A DNA stretch of 63,430 bases, from positions 1 to 63,430 of the forward strand of contig JANMKN010000273.1 of the NCBI GenBank assembly GCA_031372065.1. The letters run 5' to 3'. The notes beneath the pieces are model-generated. The model was not told the origin of the DNA, made no database searches, and worked only from the letters and a program-made list of their open reading frames with translations. Positions 8,721 through 17,522 of this stretch are shown here, one piece after another (position 1 is the first letter of the stretch; each line of letters begins with the position of its first letter). The position numbers and the translations under genes are program-made. The stretch comes from Abditibacteriaceae bacterium (GTDB taxonomy: Bacteria; Armatimonadota; Abditibacteriia; Abditibacteriales; Abditibacteriaceae).

Positions 8721-9636
8721 TTTCTACAGTTTCCATCGCCAGCGCGACAGCGCCCAAAGCAGCGGCATCGTGGCCTAATTGCCCGGCGGCAAAATGCAAC
8801 CCGGCCATGTGCGAGGGCAAACAAAATTCCTTAAGTCGAATACGTAGCGGTTGCATCAACGTTTCACCCAGCGACGACACCAAACTACCGCCTACCACCA
8901 ATTTCGCCGGATTGAGAATCGTCAACGCGGCGCCCAATCCCTGCGCCAAACGGTGCGCAAATTCATCGCACAGCGAACGCGCCGCGAAATTGTTGCCGTA
9001 GCTTTGCCAAATTTGCGCGGCGCTTTGATTGGTGATGCCATAAGTCGCCGCGCGCATTTGAAAACTTTCCTCAGTGCAATAGCCCGACAATCCGCCACGC
9101 TGCCCGTTGGCCGTTAGCGCACCATCGCGGTCAATGCAAAGCGCGCCGATTTCACCGGCGGCATTCGTCGCGCCGCGCAGCAGCTTGCCATTGATTTGCG
9201 CCACCGCGCCGAGGCTGTGACCGACGTGAACATAAAGCCAGTCGGTCTTGTTTTCATTATCGCGCAAGGCGCCAAAACGCGCCTCGCCCACGGCTTCGGC
9301 GATGAGCCGCGTTTCGGCTTTTACATTAGTGATGTGCAAATGCCTGCGGAGCGCATCCGGCACGTCAAAACCTTCCCAACCAATACGCGCACTTTTGAGC
9401 GCCACGCCGTTGACATCCAACGGAGCATCTAAGGTCAGCGCGACGCATTGAATTTGATCAAGCGTAATTTGCGCGCGCTGCAACGTTTCGCGGGCGGCGC
9501 TCATGGCAGCCAACCATTGCGCGGGCGTGCCGCCTTCGCGTGGCAAATCGGCGCGCAAAGCCAGTTCGGCCCGCCCTTGGGCATCGGCTAAAATCGTCGC
9601 CACATCGCGGCGCGCTAAATCAATTCCCAGAAGCAT
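8707..9636 (-). CDS. ROK family protein with degenerate catalytic motifs
   Basis: [37 protein letters not shown]. Confidence 0.85.
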   Translation of the reverse strand: MLLGIDLARRDVATILADAQGRAELALRADLPREGGTPAQWLAAMSAARETLQRAQITLDQIQCVALTLDAPLDVNGVALKSARIGWEGFDVPDALRRHLHITNVKAETRLIAEAVGEARFGALRDNENKTDWLYVHVGHSLGAVAQINGKLLRGATNAAGEIGALCIDRDGALTANGQRGGLSGYCTEESFQMRAATYGITNQSAAQIWQSYGNNFAARSLCDEFAHRLAQGLGAALTILNPAKLVVGGSLVSSLGETLMQPLRIRLKEFCLPSHMAGLHFAAGQLGHDAAALGAVALAMETVENAKN

Positions 9637-9700
9637 AAATACACAAAACAGCGCTCAAAGTATAGCCGACACAGATGCCCTCGCGATGAGGCAAGCCCCG

Positions 9701-9741
9701 AAAAACCAAACCACCGGGTCGCATAAGCGCAACCCGGTGGT
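9701..9741 (-). terminator. Rho-independent terminator after tRNA-Ala
   Basis: CCACCGGG..CCCGGTGG stem followed by TTTGGTTTTT on the minus strand. Confidence 0.7.
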
Positions 9742-9760
9742 GTGAAACTAATAATCGTTT

Positions 9761-9837
<77 letters not shown>

Positions 9838-9868
9838 ATTTACAAAGGCGTTTTGCAACGCTTTAGAA

Positions 9869-9897
9869 ATTATACATAGGGCCGCGCCTTTTGTCTA
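9869..9897 (-). promoter_or_regulatory. Sigma70 promoter of tRNA-Ala
   Basis: TAGACA-17 nt-TATAAT on the minus strand. Confidence 0.75.
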
Positions 9898-10014
9898 TAA
9901 ATTTCAGGGCTAAAAATCTGGACGAAGTAATCAAAGGGGTGCAAACACCACGCGATTTGTGTTGGAATTGTCCCGGCACAACAAAACCAGACGGCATTTT
10001 CAAGGAGATTTTTC

Positions 10015-10995
10015 ATGTTGACAACGGCTTTTTTGGGCGTGGCGCATATTCACACGCCGGGCTTCATCAATACCATCAAAAAGCGCGGCGATGTGCGCGT
10101 GAAGGCGGTTTACGATTGGGACGCCGAACGCGGAAAACGCCGCGCCGCCGAACTGGACGCGCAGTTTGTGGATAATGTGGACGCCATCGTTGGCGACCCG
10201 GAGATTACTTCGGTTGTCATTTGTAGCGAAACAGCGCGACACCGCGAATTGATCGAAAAGGCAACAGCGGCAGGCAAGCATATTTTCGCGGAAAAACCAT
10301 TGGCGACTACAGGCGAAGAAGCCAGCGCCATGCGCGATGCTATCGCCAAGGCGGGCGTGATTTTTCAGACTGGCTTTTTTCAGCGCTCCAGCCCAGCGAT
10401 GCGTTTTATCAAGCAGGAAGTCGAAGCCGGGCATCTCGGCACCATCACCCGGATGCGCCACACCAATTGCCACATGGGTTCGCTCGGTGGCTGGTTTGAC
10501 ACCGAATGGCGCTGGATTGCGGATGTAAACGAAGCGGGAGGCGGCGGTTATGCCGACCTCGGCGCGCATTCGCTGGACATCATTTTGTGGGTTATGATTC
10601 CCGCTTGTGGCCCCGTCAAAAGCGTCTGCGGCAGTCTCGGCACCGCCACTAAACGCTACGGCGAGATTGACGAATACGGCGCGGGCATTATCACTTTTCA
10701 AAGTGGCGCCTTAGCTGTGATGGAAGCCTCATGGGTTGATCCCAAACTGCACGCGCCGGTAGAAATTCACGGCACCAAGGGCGAAATTATCGTGCAGGAC
10801 GGCAAAGTGCGCTATTACAGCGAGTTAGTCGAAGGCGCCGATGGCGGCGAGTGGACAAATTTGCCCGACAGCTTGCCCCACGCTTTTGACCTGTTCTGGG
10901 ACAAGCAACTCGGCCAAGATGTGCCACTGGTGACTATTGACGAAGCCGCCGAAGAATCGCGTGTCATGCACGAGATTTATAAAGCCGCTTCTTAA
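10015..10995 (+). CDS. Gfo/Idh/MocA family oxidoreductase
   Basis: AGKHIFAEKPLA, GGGGYADLGAHSLD, AAGGAG RBS. Confidence 0.93.
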   Translation: MLTTAFLGVAHIHTPGFINTIKKRGDVRVKAVYDWDAERGKRRAAELDAQFVDNVDAIVGDPEITSVVICSETARHRELIEKATAAGKHIFAEKPLATTGEEASAMRDAIAKAGVIFQTGFFQRSSPAMRFIKQEVEAGHLGTITRMRHTNCHMGSLGGWFDTEWRWIADVNEAGGGGYADLGAHSLDIILWVMIPACGPVKSVCGSLGTATKRYGEIDEYGAGIITFQSGALAVMEASWVDPKLHAPVEIHGTKGEIIVQDGKVRYYSELVEGADGGEWTNLPDSLPHAFDLFWDKQLGQDVPLVTIDEAAEESRVMHEIYKAAS

Positions 10996-11013
10996 AATCA
11001 GTTTGAAGGCAAT

Positions 11014-11345
11014 CTGAACGGGTCATCCGCTGACTTGAACCGGCTTCCCGCCGCCAGCGGATGACCCGTTCAGGTCGCGGAATGCCATCTTCAACTGCTG
11101 GAATGGCATCTTCAACTCACGAAATAGCATCTTCAACTGGGGAAATGACGTGTTCAACTACCGGAATGCCATCTTCAACTCGCGGAATACCATCTTCAAC
11201 TGTCGGAATGGCATCTTCAACTGACGGAATGGCACCTTCAACTGACGGAATGCCATCTTCAAGTAACGAAATGCCATCTTCAACTCATCGGACGGCATCT
11301 TCAACGAGGAAAATGCCCTTTTCAGGTCGAAAAATGACTTTTTCG
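11014..11345. repeat. 21-bp tandem array (~13 units, GGAATGCCATCTTCAACTnnn) preceded by a 19-bp perfect inverted repeat
   Basis: Units from 11058/11079 at 21-bp period. IR at 11014-11032 and 11055-11073. Confidence 0.9.
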
Positions 11346-11368
11346 TGCCTTTCGGCTCCCCGCGCAGC

Positions 11369-12265
11369 TTATTTTTCGATGGGTAACGGCTCTGTTTCGT
11401 CGTCGCGCAAGTCCATTTTTTGCTCTGGAGACAGTGGCAAGAGGCCGTTTTTCAAGTCTGCTGCGATTTTCGCCAGCGCGATAACAGTTTGTGGCGCGAA
11501 TTGTGGGGAGGTAGGCGAATTTCGCGTGAAAAAGTCGCTGATTGCCACGATTCCCATTCTTGTGCCTTCGGGCGTTTTGTTTCTCACGATAAATAATTGC
11601 GGCACGCTATCGCTGCCATCGGCGCGATAGGAGCGCATTAAAGGAAAAATTTCCGCGCCGGGGCGAGGCACCAGCCAGCGCGAAGGCAGTTTCTTCTCCA
11701 CAAGCGGCACATCGAACAGTGGCGGGAGATATTTTTTAAAAAGCGGCGTCGCTTCGTGCCGCGTGCCATCGTCGCGCCGCGCGGGAACATCGTTATAAGC
11801 CAAACCCAAAACTTTGCCATAGATTTCGGACGTTTCCCAGCCTTTATCCGGCGTGACAGGCGACGGCATCCACACGCCATCGGGATATTTTTCGATGCCC
11901 GCCAAAAACGGCACCGGCCCGGCGCCCAACGAAATAAGAAGGCCACCGTCAGCAGAAAATTTTTGCAGCGCGAGCGTGGCGCGACGCGGAAACGCATCGC
12001 CGGGCAACATCAGACCATCGAATTTTGCAGCCGAAAACTCTTCGGCGTCTTGCAATTGGTCGATGCTAAGGCGCGAAGTGTCAGCGCCGCTTTCGGCCAG
12101 CCATTGGGCCACTTGATTGAGCCAATCGAGATCAATTTTGAAGCGACTGGAAGAAGTGCTCGTTTCAGGATTCCAAATCGCGATGCGTGGTTTGGCCTCC
12201 GCGACGGCCAACGAACCAGCTAACGAAAACCAAAGTGCCCCAACCAACAGAAAAAAACGTAACAT
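11369..12265 (-). CDS. Secreted hypothetical protein (class I glutamine amidotransferase-like fold, possibly C-terminally truncated)
   Basis: Signal peptide MLRFFLLVGALW..AEA, FDGLMLPG..LQKFSADGGLLISLG. Confidence 0.65.
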   Translation of the reverse strand: MLRFFLLVGALWFSLAGSLAVAEAKPRIAIWNPETSTSSSRFKIDLDWLNQVAQWLAESGADTSRLSIDQLQDAEEFSAAKFDGLMLPGDAFPRRATLALQKFSADGGLLISLGAGPVPFLAGIEKYPDGVWMPSPVTPDKGWETSEIYGKVLGLAYNDVPARRDDGTRHEATPLFKKYLPPLFDVPLVEKKLPSRWLVPRPGAEIFPLMRSYRADGSDSVPQLFIVRNKTPEGTRMGIVAISDFFTRNSPTSPQFAPQTVIALAKIAADLKNGLLPLSPEQKMDLRDDETEPLPIEK

Positions 12266-12297
12266 CACGACCCTTTTGAAAACCTTAAACGCCGTCT

Positions 12298-12417
12298 GCG
12301 AATAGCCGCTACGGTTTCGCTGACGCAAAAACATCTCAAAAACGACGCAAATTTCTATTGAGGTTGCGTCTTTTTTGCGAAATGAAATTGGCGTATCGAA
12401 GATTTGCGGCTATTCGC
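12298..12417. repeat. ~120-bp nested palindromic element (MITE/REPIN-like), degenerate copy
   Basis: GCGAATAGCCGC..GCGGCTATTCGC ends, inner AAAAACGACGCAA..TTGCGTCTTTTT. Homologous to 60028-60140. Confidence 0.7.
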
Positions 12418-12427
12418 CGATAGTTTC

Positions 12428-13987
12428 TTAAGGCCTACGACGGCGCAAGCGATAGGCCACGAAGCAATTTTCCCTGGTGCCGGGCAATGGTGGCCCTTCG
12501 ATTACTTCGCCGCCGGGATGCAAAGCGCGAATGCGAGGCAACATAATTTGATACTTATCGAGTAGCAGCCACACCGAATCGGTGTCGCGGTCATCTTCAT
12601 CAAGACTAAAAATACCATGTTCTTTCGAGCGATCTTCGATCCATATTTCCGGCGCTAAAAACTGGCGGGTTTGATATTCCTGCGACCAACGCTCCGACAT
12701 AAAATAAATGTGTGCTTCGCGCGGCAACTTCTTCACCCACTGCGAGGCTTCGGTAATTCCCGTCACGAAGGCCCATGATTGTTGCTCAGTGCGCGGAAAA
12801 TACTCGTAATAATCGAACAACGTTTTACCGCCGAGAAGCAGTAGAAAACACATCAACGCAAAGTGCCAAGGAACGCGCAAAGACGGCTTCCAGCCTTGAA
12901 TCATGCGCGAGATTTCGCGCACCCCACAGGCGGCGAACAAGGCTAAAACGGGCGCCAAGGCTAAGGTGCGGCGCATGGTGCCATCAATGGTGATGACCGC
13001 GCCGCATGGCAACAAAATAAGCAGGGCAACAAGCAGGATAAGCACGTTATCGCGCCGCGTTTTCCACAGCGCAAAAGCGCCGCCCCAAGCTAACAAAACG
13101 ACAGCAAGCGACATTTGCGGCACGATGCCAGTGCCATCGGCGCTGTCCACCACAGGATGCCAGCAAAGTCGCTCCCAGAAATCTAAATAGCGACCAATCA
13201 ATACGCCAGAGCGCATTCCATAGGATGTTTGCAACCATTCGGCACGCCGGAACAGCGAATACAATTCAAAATGCGCGGTGAAATAAGACTCCGGCCTTCG
13301 CGCGTAAAGCAGCATTGGCACAGCGACGCACAGCAGCGTGATGGCGAAGGCAAAAAAATAGAAAGCGCGAGTGCGCCCTGTTATTTTTTTGTCGCGCCAC
13401 AAACACCAAGCGGCAAAAAGGCCCGCTATCGCCACAAAAAGCACGTGCGCGTTGTAAATATAAAGGCCGCTGCCCAACACCGCGCCCGCGAAAATCCACC
13501 GCAAAAGATGGCGGCGTTCAATCGCTTCAAGCAAAAACCACACGCCGAGCAACACAAAAAGCGGCCACGCCGCGACGGGAAAACCGATGCGCGAAAAATG
13601 CAAATGCCAGTTGGAAATTGTCAGCAGAAAAGCCGCGAGCAACGCCATTTTCCAATCGAAAAAGCGCCGTGCAAAAAAATAAAGAACGACGATAGTCAAA
13701 ACGCCCGCCAGCACCGAAACAAAGCGCACCGCGAAAATTGTCTCGCCGAAAATGCGAATGGCGAGTGCCACAACATAAAGCGGGCCAGTTGGTTCGCCCA
13801 GCGCCGCGCCAGTATAAGGCCCGATGCCGTTTTCGCGCCAAATGCGCTCTGCTTCGAGGCCTGAAACGGCTTCATCGCCGTGAAAACCGTGTGGAATCTC
13901 CGATAAATCCCATAAACGCAAAATCGCCGCGAAAAGCACGACGGCCAAAAGCAAAGCAGTTTCGAGCGCGCGTTCGCCTTTACTCAT
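12428..13987 (-). CDS. ArnT/PMT-like (GT-C) membrane glycosyltransferase
   Basis: RLWDL..P.GFHGDE, many TM helices, HLHFSRIGF. Start MSKGER overlaps the upstream stop. Confidence 0.88.
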   Translation of the reverse strand: MSKGERALETALLLAVVLFAAILRLWDLSEIPHGFHGDEAVSGLEAERIWRENGIGPYTGAALGEPTGPLYVVALAIRIFGETIFAVRFVSVLAGVLTIVVLYFFARRFFDWKMALLAAFLLTISNWHLHFSRIGFPVAAWPLFVLLGVWFLLEAIERRHLLRWIFAGAVLGSGLYIYNAHVLFVAIAGLFAAWCLWRDKKITGRTRAFYFFAFAITLLCVAVPMLLYARRPESYFTAHFELYSLFRRAEWLQTSYGMRSGVLIGRYLDFWERLCWHPVVDSADGTGIVPQMSLAVVLLAWGGAFALWKTRRDNVLILLVALLILLPCGAVITIDGTMRRTLALAPVLALFAACGVREISRMIQGWKPSLRVPWHFALMCFLLLLGGKTLFDYYEYFPRTEQQSWAFVTGITEASQWVKKLPREAHIYFMSERWSQEYQTRQFLAPEIWIEDRSKEHGIFSLDEDDRDTDSVWLLLDKYQIMLPRIRALHPGGEVIEGPPLPGTRENCFVAYRLRRRRP

Positions 13988-14498
13988 CGCTTGAATTATC
14001 GGGCGGCGCCGCAGGTTCATCGCCGCTGTGACGCAGCATTCCTTCGTAAATGCCCGGCGCCGAATCGGGAATGGCTTGCGCACCAGCGACTTTTTCGTAA
14101 AAACCAGTCGGCCCCGCGCCGCCGATAATGGCGTAGCCGTAACCGATATTTCGCATGGCGTGCAGGCAGGCGAGAAGCAAGGCTTCGCCGATGCCCTGCC
14201 CGCGAAACTCCGCGTTCACGCCGGTTGGCCCAAAAAAATCGAGGCACGTCGCATCGTAACAAGCGAATCCGAGCAAACAATTGTCTTTTGTGGCGATGAA
14301 AATCGAAACCGGCGCGTTATTGAAAGCCACATCGCTTTCGCTGGCCCAAAACGCGGAAAAATGGCGTGTGACCCAATCGAGAACGTGATGTTTTTCCGGT
14401 GCCAAAGCGCGCCGAATTGTGATGCCTTTGGCCTTTTGCGCGGCCAAAACCGGCTCCAGCGGCGGCAAATCATACAACTTCACTAACATATCGGGCAT
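13980..14498 (-). CDS. GNAT family N-acetyltransferase
   Basis: FGPTGV..RGQGIG acetyl-CoA motif, GYGYAIIG..FYEK. Confidence 0.9.
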   Translation of the reverse strand: MPDMLVKLYDLPPLEPVLAAQKAKGITIRRALAPEKHHVLDWVTRHFSAFWASESDVAFNNAPVSIFIATKDNCLLGFACYDATCLDFFGPTGVNAEFRGQGIGEALLLACLHAMRNIGYGYAIIGGAGPTGFYEKVAGAQAIPDSAPGIYEGMLRHSGDEPAAPPDNSSDE

Positions 14499-14520
14499 GA
14501 TGTCTCACTTTTTTCGGTTT

Positions 14521-17457
14521 TTATGGGCGCGCGGCCAAATAACCCCAAACGTAAACGTTGGGCGTCCATGCGTCCACGGTAAATTCATTTTGCGCCACAA
14601 AAAGGAAGATGTCGAAATACGCTTCGGGCACCGGCCATTCGTCGGGCGAGGGCGTGCAAATTTTACTGAGATGATACTGAATCGGCCACGTAATCCAACT
14701 CTGATTCCAATTGTAATAATCCACGTTGCCGTAAACCGTGAGGCCCACCGGCGCTTTTTGGCCGGTGTGACGGCTGTCGAGATGCAAAGGATGCAGAATC
14801 GGATTAGTGCCCAGGCCGGTTGTATAAGTCATGTTATTCGGGTTGCAACCGGCCTGAAACTGCGTCGCTTGCACGGCGCCCGCCAGATACTCTTTTTTGC
14901 CGGTTAAAAAATGAGCGCGCGCTAATTCAATGGCATCGGGCGTGGAATAAAATCCTAAAAACATCGGCTTGCCTTTGTCGGGCGTGGTCAAATTAAAAGC
15001 GTTATTTTTGGCGTAATTCAAAGCTGATGACGCTTGGTTTTCGATGGCAGAGACGGCGTTCTTTTTCAGCGTGGCCTCGGTTTTATTAGCGGGCAAACGC
15101 GCATACAAAAAGGCCGCATCGCGCTGAACGGCTTTGCCCCATTGAAAGATATTTGTTGGCTGCGCATTCAAAACAGTGTTCTCCAAAAAGACATCGTGCC
15201 ATTGTTTTTCGCCAGTGAGATCGTAAAGAATCAGCGCCGCGTAATTGCGCGCGTCTTTGATTGTCCAGTCGAGCTTATCGAGCGTGCCCGCCACTTTGCG
15301 CTGGGCGTAATCCTTCTCGGCCCATTGCATCGCATGGAGGGCGCTGTCGCGGTAAAGCGGCGCCATTTGCGGCTTGTATTGCGCCAGCAATTTCGCGGCG
15401 CGGGCACAAACGCCCGCATAAATATAAGTAGCGTTGATGTCGGGCGCGAAAACATAAGCGTCCATGCTTTGCAGCCAACTCACTTCGCCCGCAATCGGGT
15501 CGCCGGGCGTTTCGATGCCATGCGGCACACCGCCATCGGCGTTTTGCAAGCGACGGAAACAATCAATTTCAAAAAGCGCTTCGGTTAAAATATCCGGCAC
15601 ATCGGGCGTGATGGGAATGCTTAATTTCAGCTTGGAAAAATAAGCGGGAAACAGTTCCAGCAGTTCCAATTGTGCCATTGTGACGCTCAGATGCGTGACG
15701 CGGCGCGGATTCCAATCGCCCGCATCGTGATAACCGCCCCACGCATCGGGCAGCAGTTCGCCAGTGCTGCCTTCGGCTAATTCTTTAAACGCCTCGCCGC
15801 CTTTTTCGAGAGCCGAATATTTCGAGCGAAAAACACGCACGCCGTCCGCCGGATGGAAATCGCGCGGCTTTTTGAAATCGCTGTAAGGCGGCCCCACTTC
15901 CACGCCGCTGCGCTGGTTATACAAGCCCTGTATTTGAATTTTGAAAGCGCGCTGCCATGCTTGCTCCTCAATTTGAAACGGATAACTGCAACCGATGTTT
16001 TCCACGCAAACGCGATAAGTGCCGGGCGTTTGGAAGTCGCCGAAATCCATGCGATAAACGTCGGTGCGATTGAAGTTTTGGTCTTTCCACATCAACTCTT
16101 TTTCATCGGCGCTTTTGGCAAGTTCAAGGGCGCCCGTAAAAACCGCTTTGTTGTTTTTGTCGCGGAGGGAAAATTTCAGGCCGTCGGGATATTTCAGCGC
16201 GCCGCCGGTGCCGAGCCAATCGCTGAGAAAAGCGCGCTTAATTGGATCATCGGGCCGGTAACCGATTTGATGCACATGAACGGCTTCGCTGCGCGTTTTG
16301 GTGGCATCAAAATCAAAGTCCATCGTCGCCGGATTGACATTTAAGGCGCCGGTGGCAATGGTGTAATGTTTTCCGCTGGTTAAGGCGCGCGGCATTTTCA
16401 AATAAACCATGTGGCGCATGACAAAACCTTGCGCGGGTTGCGCCCAATCTATCGGCTTGCTTTTGCGAAAAATGTTGATGGGTTGCGCGCTGTTGGCAAA
16501 GGCTGCGTCGTCTTTTGAATGGACGGCAAAGGTGCCTTTTTCATCGGCTAAAAATTCCAAAAGCGGGTCGCCTTCAAATTTTTCGTAAGTGACGCGATGT
16601 GCTTTTTTCGGCCCGATGAGCCAGCCGATTTCGTGACCGCCGCGCAGCAGTTTCACGCCCTGACCATCGGGCTGCGTTTTGTCGTCGGGTTGCGCTTGAT
16701 AAGGCGTCAGCGAAGACGGAATAATGCGGCCCGCTTCAATCGTCAGAGCAATAATATCGGGCGCCACAAGCGCGACTTCTTTGACTTGCGGCGAATTGGC
16801 GTTGCGATTTCCGTATTTTGCTTGAAGCGCTTCACGTTCGCGGCGCGCTTTTTCGAGTTCGGCGTTTTTTTGCGTTTCCAAAGCGGCGCGTTGCTGCATC
16901 AAAGCGGCATCGGGCGCGATTAAAACGATGGATTCAATTTCGACATCAAGCGGCGTATCAGCGCTCCAATCGCCAATCAGTTGCCACTGCATAATGTTCG
17001 CAAGATCGAGTTTCGCGCCCGCTTTGCTGATTTTATTGGGCTGCGAGAGCGGCGCCCCATCTTGCGGCGTAACCAGCGAAAAATTGTCGCCCGGCGCCGG
17101 CAATTCAAATTGCCATTCGCCGGTAATTTCGGCAGTATCACGCAACAGGAGCGTGATTTTTTTCATGGTGTTGCCCGCGCCGGTTTTCAAGCGCAATGCG
17201 GGGCTGGCATTGGGATGAGCGGCTAAATTTAAAGTCTCATTAACGCCCGCGCCGCCACGCGGCGTGGCACCTTTGAGCAGCGCGCGCTTGTTTTCGATGC
17301 CCACTTTTTTGTCCCACGAACCGTAAGCGAACAAAAAAGGCTTATCGAATTGGCTGATGGTGCCGACAATCTGCGGTTGCGCGCTGGCGCGGATAGAAAA
17401 AGCGAATAGCAAAAGGAAAAACAAAACGCGCTGGGGCCATTGGGTCATGGTTTTCAT
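14521..17457 (-). CDS. Secreted glycoside hydrolase family 9 with Ig-like domain
   Basis: HVHQIGY, GGYHDAGD, GCNPNNMTYTTGLG, QNEFT. Signal peptide after MKTMTQW. Confidence 0.9.
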   Translation of the reverse strand: MKTMTQWPQRVLFFLLLFAFSIRASAQPQIVGTISQFDKPFLFAYGSWDKKVGIENKRALLKGATPRGGAGVNETLNLAAHPNASPALRLKTGAGNTMKKITLLLRDTAEITGEWQFELPAPGDNFSLVTPQDGAPLSQPNKISKAGAKLDLANIMQWQLIGDWSADTPLDVEIESIVLIAPDAALMQQRAALETQKNAELEKARREREALQAKYGNRNANSPQVKEVALVAPDIIALTIEAGRIIPSSLTPYQAQPDDKTQPDGQGVKLLRGGHEIGWLIGPKKAHRVTYEKFEGDPLLEFLADEKGTFAVHSKDDAAFANSAQPINIFRKSKPIDWAQPAQGFVMRHMVYLKMPRALTSGKHYTIATGALNVNPATMDFDFDATKTRSEAVHVHQIGYRPDDPIKRAFLSDWLGTGGALKYPDGLKFSLRDKNNKAVFTGALELAKSADEKELMWKDQNFNRTDVYRMDFGDFQTPGTYRVCVENIGCSYPFQIEEQAWQRAFKIQIQGLYNQRSGVEVGPPYSDFKKPRDFHPADGVRVFRSKYSALEKGGEAFKELAEGSTGELLPDAWGGYHDAGDWNPRRVTHLSVTMAQLELLELFPAYFSKLKLSIPITPDVPDILTEALFEIDCFRRLQNADGGVPHGIETPGDPIAGEVSWLQSMDAYVFAPDINATYIYAGVCARAAKLLAQYKPQMAPLYRDSALHAMQWAEKDYAQRKVAGTLDKLDWTIKDARNYAALILYDLTGEKQWHDVFLENTVLNAQPTNIFQWGKAVQRDAAFLYARLPANKTEATLKKNAVSAIENQASSALNYAKNNAFNLTTPDKGKPMFLGFYSTPDAIELARAHFLTGKKEYLAGAVQATQFQAGCNPNNMTYTTGLGTNPILHPLHLDSRHTGQKAPVGLTVYGNVDYYNWNQSWITWPIQYHLSKICTPSPDEWPVPEAYFDIFLFVAQNEFTVDAWTPNVYVWGYLAARP

Positions 17458-17522
17458 TTTTACCGCAAAACCAAACAGGCCGCGACAAAATTTAAATGTC
17501 GCGGCCTGTTTGGTTTTTGCTT

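Noticed and set aside
11079..11345. 20/21-bp arrays (also 26341, 38747, 49704) as mini-CRISPRs
   Set aside because: Units are contiguous with no unique spacers.
11061..11630. 189-aa MPSST-repeat ORF
   Set aside because: A by-product of the 21-bp array, antisense to a real gene and without an RBS.
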